Assembly: GCA_963721805.1 (NCBI GenBank)
Contig: CAVRJY010000001.1
Location: forward strand, 928,001 to 992,000
Direction: 5' to 3'
DNA: 64,000 bases
Source: Nitrospirota bacterium
Lineage (GTDB): Bacteria > Nitrospirota > Thermodesulfovibrionia > Thermodesulfovibrionales > JdFR-86
Part shown: in pieces, positions 59,969 through 64,000 of the stretch
Numbering within the stretch: position 1 is the first letter of the stretch
Layout of the letters: each line of letters begins with the position of its first letter
Notes under the pieces: model-generated
Told to the model about the DNA's origin: nothing
What the model saw: the letters and a program-made list of their open reading frames with translations, nothing else
Database searches by the model: none
Translations under genes and position numbers: made by a program

Positions 59969-61032
59969 AACCACTTCCTCCGCCTGAAGTAATAGAGCAT
60001 GCCCCCGCCGATCCCGAGCATGACGGCCCAGAATATCGGATAGCCCCAGTGCCACTCGAGCTCGGGCATGTACTTGAAGTTCATCCCGTAGACCCCGGCT
60101 ATGAACGTAAGCGGGATGAATATCGTCGCGATGACGGTCAGGACCTTCATCACCTCGTTCATGCGGTTGCTGATGCTCGAAAGATAGACGTCCAGCAGGC
60201 CGGAGAGCATGTCGCGGAAGGTCTCTATGGTATCGATGATCTGGATGACGTGGTCGTATACATCTCGGAAGTATATGCGCGTGCGGTCGTCTATGAGGCG
60301 GGATTCGGATTTCTGGAGGTTGCTTATGACCTCCCTTAGCGGCCAGGCGATCTTGCGGAGGTAGAGCATCTCGCGCTTTATCGCGTGCAGGGTCGCGAGC
60401 GACTGGTTGTCCGGTTTTTCGAGCAGGTCCTGCTCGAGCGCCTCGATCCGGTCTCCGACGGCCTCGAGCACCGAGAAATACTTGTCCACCATCGCGTCCA
60501 TGAGCGAGTACGCGAGGTAGTCCGCGCCCATCTTCCTGATGCGGCCCTTGCCAGAGCGCAGGCGCTCGCGAAGCGGCCCGAACACGTCGCCCTCCATGCC
60601 CTCCTGAAACGATATGACGTAGTTGGGGCCGAATATGATGCTCACCTGCTCGGTCTCGAGGTTTCCGGTCCGGGCGTCCTGCATGAGCATCTTGAGCACG
60701 ACGTAGACGTAATCGCCGAAGTCCTCGACCTTGGGCCGCTGGTCCGTGTTCATTATGTCTTCGAGGACGAGGGGATGAAACCCGTAGCACTCGCCGAGCT
60801 TTTCAAGCACCTCGGGCACGTGCACGCTTTCGATGTTTATCCACTTGACGGAGGGCTTGTCCCTGAAGACGAAGCACTGCGATACCTCGGTGAAGGTCTT
60901 TTCCTCGAATGAGGCCTCATCGTAGTCGATAACGGTGATCCGGACGCCGTCTTGAGGCTTGTCGCCGACGTAGACGAGGCTGCCGGGAGGGAGGCCCTGC
61001 TTGCTCGAGCGTTTATTTGTAATGTGCGACAT
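59965..61032 (-). CDS. corA: Magnesium/cobalt transporter CorA
   Basis: HPLVLEDI, QRPKVE and YGMNF..MPEL motifs. Confidence 0.96.
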   Translation of the reverse strand: MSHITNKRSSKQGLPPGSLVYVGDKPQDGVRITVIDYDEASFEEKTFTEVSQCFVFRDKPSVKWINIESVHVPEVLEKLGECYGFHPLVLEDIMNTDQRPKVEDFGDYVYVVLKMLMQDARTGNLETEQVSIIFGPNYVISFQEGMEGDVFGPLRERLRSGKGRIRKMGADYLAYSLMDAMVDKYFSVLEAVGDRIEALEQDLLEKPDNQSLATLHAIKREMLYLRKIAWPLREVISNLQKSESRLIDDRTRIYFRDVYDHVIQIIDTIETFRDMLSGLLDVYLSSISNRMNEVMKVLTVIATIFIPLTFIAGVYGMNFKYMPELEWHWGYPIFWAVMLGIGGGMLYYFRRRKWF

Positions 61033-61089
61033 GAGGGTATTCTATATCAAAACAGGGAGCAATGCGCATAATTTCCCTTGATTTTAAAG

Positions 61090-61162
61090 TACGCCAGGCA
61101 GGAATCGAACCTGCGGCCAGCTGCTTAGAAGGCAGCTGCTCTATCCGCTGAGCTACTGGCGC
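61090..61162 (-). tRNA. tRNA-Arg (TCT)
   Basis: Cloverleaf GCGCCAGTAGCTCAG...CTTCTAA...GGTTCGATTCC; CCA not encoded. Confidence 0.95.
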
Positions 61163-61172
61163 GTTGCTGCTA

Positions 61173-61246
61173 TCGGGGCGAGAGGATTCGAACCTCCGAC
61201 TCCCTGCTCCCAAAGCAGGTACGCTACCGGACTGCGCCACGCCCCG
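61173..61246 (-). tRNA. tRNA-Pro (TGG)
   Basis: CGGGGCGTGGCGCAG...TTTGGGA...GGTTCGAATCC...GCCCCGA. Confidence 0.95.
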
Positions 61247-61332
61247 TGGAAACCCTTAATCTACCCAAACCGGGCCGTATAAATCAATCAGTCTGTTTGA
61301 TTTCCCTCTAACGCATCCCTTACCCTAACTAT

Positions 61333-62364
61333 ATGGCAAAGGCAATCGCATTACTCTCAGGAGGGCTTGACAGCACGCTTGCGGTGCTCGTCCTTCGCAA
61401 GCAGGGCATCGAGGTCACCGGAGTGACCTTCATGACGCATTTCGGCTGCGACGCTCGCGACGGCTCGTCGTGCTCTTCGGACTCGAGCTCCAACGCCGCG
61501 CGCTGGGGCTTCGAGGTCAAGATGTCGCACCTTGCGGACAAGTTCATCGAGATCGTAAAGCACCCGAAGTTCGGGCACGGCAAGAATATGAACCCCTGCA
61601 TCGACTGCCGCATACTGATGCTGCGCGAGGCCAAATTGCTGATGCAGATGACCGGCGCGGACTTCATCAGCACGGGCGAGGTCCTGGGGCAGAGGCCGAT
61701 GAGCCAGCGGCACGATACCTTCCCTGTGATGGACCGCGAGGCCGACGTTGTGGGGCTGGTGCTGAGGCCTCTTAGCGCGAAGCTGCTTAAGCCCACGAAG
61801 GCGGAGCTGGACGGGCTCGTAAACCGCGAGCTGCTGCTGGATATAAGCGGCAGATCGAGAAAGCCCCAGATGGCGCTCGCGGCCGAGTTCGGGCTGACGG
61901 AATACCCGGCACCGGCCGGTGGCTGCCTGCTCACGGACCCGTGCTATTCGCACAGGCTCCGCGAGGCGCTCGGCTTTAAGCCAGACATTACCGCGCACGA
62001 TTTAAACCTGCTCAGGGTGGGGCGGCACTTCCGCCTGCCAAGCGGGGCGAAGGTGATAGTCGGGCGAAACGAGTCCGAGAACGACCAGATCGAGCTGCTC
62101 GCCTCGGAGGGCGACTCGCTGATGTTCGTGGAGTCCGCCGGAAGCCCGCTAGTGATGGTCGAGGCCGGCGCGCTGGACGGCGATATCGTCACGGCGGCCG
62201 CGCTCTGCGCACGGTACTCGGACGCGAAGACGCAGCCCGTGGTCGAGGTGACGATCAGGCAGGGCTCGGTGCAGCGCACTATGGACGTGACACCAGCGGG
62301 CGAGGATATCGTGGGCAGCCTGATGGTCCAGGACTTGCGCGGGAAGAAGGCAGTTACTAGGTAA
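61333..62364 (+). CDS. PP-loop tRNA thiolation protein (ThiI/MnmA-like) with DUF814-like C-terminus
   Basis: SGGLDS, NPCIDC, GEVLGQRPMSQ, PAGGCLLT and VGRHFR motifs. Confidence 0.85.
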   Translation: MAKAIALLSGGLDSTLAVLVLRKQGIEVTGVTFMTHFGCDARDGSSCSSDSSSNAARWGFEVKMSHLADKFIEIVKHPKFGHGKNMNPCIDCRILMLREAKLLMQMTGADFISTGEVLGQRPMSQRHDTFPVMDREADVVGLVLRPLSAKLLKPTKAELDGLVNRELLLDISGRSRKPQMALAAEFGLTEYPAPAGGCLLTDPCYSHRLREALGFKPDITAHDLNLLRVGRHFRLPSGAKVIVGRNESENDQIELLASEGDSLMFVESAGSPLVMVEAGALDGDIVTAAALCARYSDAKTQPVVEVTIRQGSVQRTMDVTPAGEDIVGSLMVQDLRGKKAVTR

Positions 62365-62839
62365 GCTCCTCGATCTCGACCCGCATCGTCGCGGTATCGA
62401 GCAGGGCTACAGTTGATTTCCCTTTATGCAGCCGCGCGGCCTTGCCGGGGTTAAGGACCAGCGTCGAGCCCAGCGTTCGGAGGTCAGGCCTGTGCGTATG
62501 GCCGTAGACCACGAGGTCATACATCCCGCTTCGGGCCAGAGCCTCGACCGAGGCCGGCTCGTGCACCACCGCGATGCGCCTGCCCTCGATCTCGACCACG
62601 AGCGGCTGGACGTGCATCTTGCCGCCGGACTTCTCCTTCAGCAGGACGCGGTCGCCGTCGTTGTTGCCGAATACCCCGGAGAAGGGGCATTTGAGGTCCC
62701 CGAGCACCTCGAACGTAAACGGCGAGATGACGTCCCCGGCATGGAGCACGAGCCCCGCGCCGCGGCCGTTGAACAGTTCGACCGCCTGTTTAATCCGCTG
62801 CATATCGTCGTGCGAGTCCGAGATTATTCCGATCAGCAT
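62357..62839 (-). CDS. Metallophosphoesterase (YfcE/MJ0936 family)
   Basis: SDSH, HAGD, GNND, GHTH and NPG motifs. Confidence 0.92.
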   Translation of the reverse strand: MLIGIISDSHDDMQRIKQAVELFNGRGAGLVLHAGDVISPFTFEVLGDLKCPFSGVFGNNDGDRVLLKEKSGGKMHVQPLVVEIEGRRIAVVHEPASVEALARSGMYDLVVYGHTHRPDLRTLGSTLVLNPGKAARLHKGKSTVALLDTATMRVEIEELT

Positions 62840-62962
62840 ATATGGGCGGCCTCCATGGGTTTTAATATATCATATCCATCAGGGCCTGTCCGCTTGCTTT
62901 ATCGCAGGCCTATATGGTAAAAATTAGCTTCCGTTTATTACGCTTAAGGAGGAGAGAACGCA

Positions 62963-63256
62963 TTGCCAGCAGCAGCGCCTAAAAGGAAACCTTCAGTATT
63001 AAAGAGGGCTCGGCAGGCCGAGGCCCTAGAGCTTCATAACAAGACCATCCGCACCAAGGTAAAAACCTACGTCAAGAAGGTCGCCGATGCGATAGCGGCC
63101 AAGGACGCGGCAGCGGTCCAGACGGCCCTCGTCGAGGCCACCAGGACCATCAGCTCGGCAGCGTCCAAGGGCGTGCTCCACAAGGCCACCGCATCGAGGA
63201 AGATCTCCCGCCTCGCGCTCAGGGCGAACGCCGCCCTCAAGCCGACAAAAGCTTAA
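62963..63256 (+). CDS. rpsT: 30S ribosomal protein S20
   Basis: KRARQ, KGVLHKATASRKISRL; AAGGAGG RBS before a TTG start. Confidence 0.95.
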   Translation: MPAAAPKRKPSVLKRARQAEALELHNKTIRTKVKTYVKKVADAIAAKDAAAVQTALVEATRTISSAASKGVLHKATASRKISRLALRANAALKPTKA

Positions 63257-64000
63257 CTACGAGGAGCTCCAGGGGGTATGCCCCTCCGGAGCTCCTTATC
63301 AGTTTGTCCGCCTCGCACAACAGGGTATAGACCTTCCGCTTTCTCTTAGGCGTCATGTCCTGCCTGCCGTAATACCAGTTAAGCGCCCCAAGGACAGCTA
63401 TCGGCTCGTCGGTCTGCGTAAGCTTCCTGCAGATCTTGATCGCCTGCGCGAGGTTCTTTTGCGAGAGGGCGTCCGTGAGGTTAAAGGCGTTATAGTCGCC
63501 CGCCCCGCGCACCATCGCGGCGACGTCGGCGCGCCCTACAGTTGGCTTACCCAGCAGCGATAGCTTCTCGACCTCCGAGGCTAGCAGCCCCAGATCATGG
63601 CCAACAAATTCAACCAACAGCGCGGCCTCGGCCAGCGCTATCGCGACCCCTTTGGACTTCGCGCGCGCGATGACCCACGACGGGAACTCGGACTCGCGGA
63701 GCCGCAGCTCGATGAGCTTCGCCCCGGCGTATGCATCGGTGAGTTTCTTGACCTTCGAGCTGCGCTCTGCCGCCCGCTCGCTTTTTATGTGGAACGTCAG
63801 CACGAGGAGCGAATCGGGCGAGGGCTTCTTCAGGTATGCGCCGATGGCCTTCTGGGCGTCGACCTTGAGCTTCTGCGTGTTTTTGATAATCACGGTCTTG
63901 CGGCCGCCCATGAACGAGACGGTGTTGAGCACGTCCACGAGCTGCTCGACCGGGGGCAGCGGGTCGGGGGATTCGATGTCATACTCGTAGTAGTTGAAAT
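63237..64000 (-). CDS. holA: DNA polymerase III delta subunit (5' end outside the window)
   Basis: LNTVSFMGGRK, VGHDLGLLASEVEKL and FNLTDAL; conserved convergent adjacency to rpsT. Confidence 0.85.
   Translation of the reverse strand, partial: FNYYEYDIESPDPLPPVEQLVDVLNTVSFMGGRKTVIIKNTQKLKVDAQKAIGAYLKKPSPDSLLVLTFHIKSERAAERSSKVKKLTDAYAGAKLIELRLRESEFPSWVIARAKSKGVAIALAEAALLVEFVGHDLGLLASEVEKLSLLGKPTVGRADVAAMVRGAGDYNAFNLTDALSQKNLAQAIKICRKLTQTDEPIAVLGALNWYYGRQDMTPKRKRKVYTLLCEADKLIRSSGGAYPLELLVVKLLSA

Noticed and set aside
61013..61240. 75-aa ORF
   Set aside because: It is a translation of the two tRNA genes.
61090..61246. tRNA-anchored genomic island
   Set aside because: No integrase nearby, no duplicated tRNA 3' end noticed, and the flanks are housekeeping genes.

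Overview
GC-rich bacterial chromosomal window. The gene content (cooC, thyX, a small diheme cytochrome, sigma54 and c-di-GMP signalling) suggests an anaerobic Nitrospirota/Desulfobacterota-like organism; this is inference only. From left to right: the 5' part of a Wsp/ACF-like chemosensory cluster; a TetR-EmrAB efflux operon; a radical SAM/deacetylase pair; a 17-kb signalling block (PAS-GGDEF-EAL, histidine kinase, NtrC-type activator, sigma54 promoter, EAL protein, cheY-A-W-MCP-R-B); hrpB, cooC, thyX and panB; a ~4-kb accessory island; then mostly housekeeping genes (liv ABC transporter, DUF2318/ABC cluster, pnp, rpsO, pepA, dapB, yacG, corA, two tRNAs, rpsT, holA). The most unusual region is the island at 32.7-36.8 kb. 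It holds a lone AT-rich Ser/Thr kinase gene preceded by three near-identical ~193-bp non-coding, palindrome-dense units, with an IS481 element inserted at the start of a fourth unit. Two diverged copies of the same hairpin family bracket the island in inverted orientation and show compensatory stem changes. Six otherwise intact genes carry frameshifts, most likely sequencing or assembly indels.
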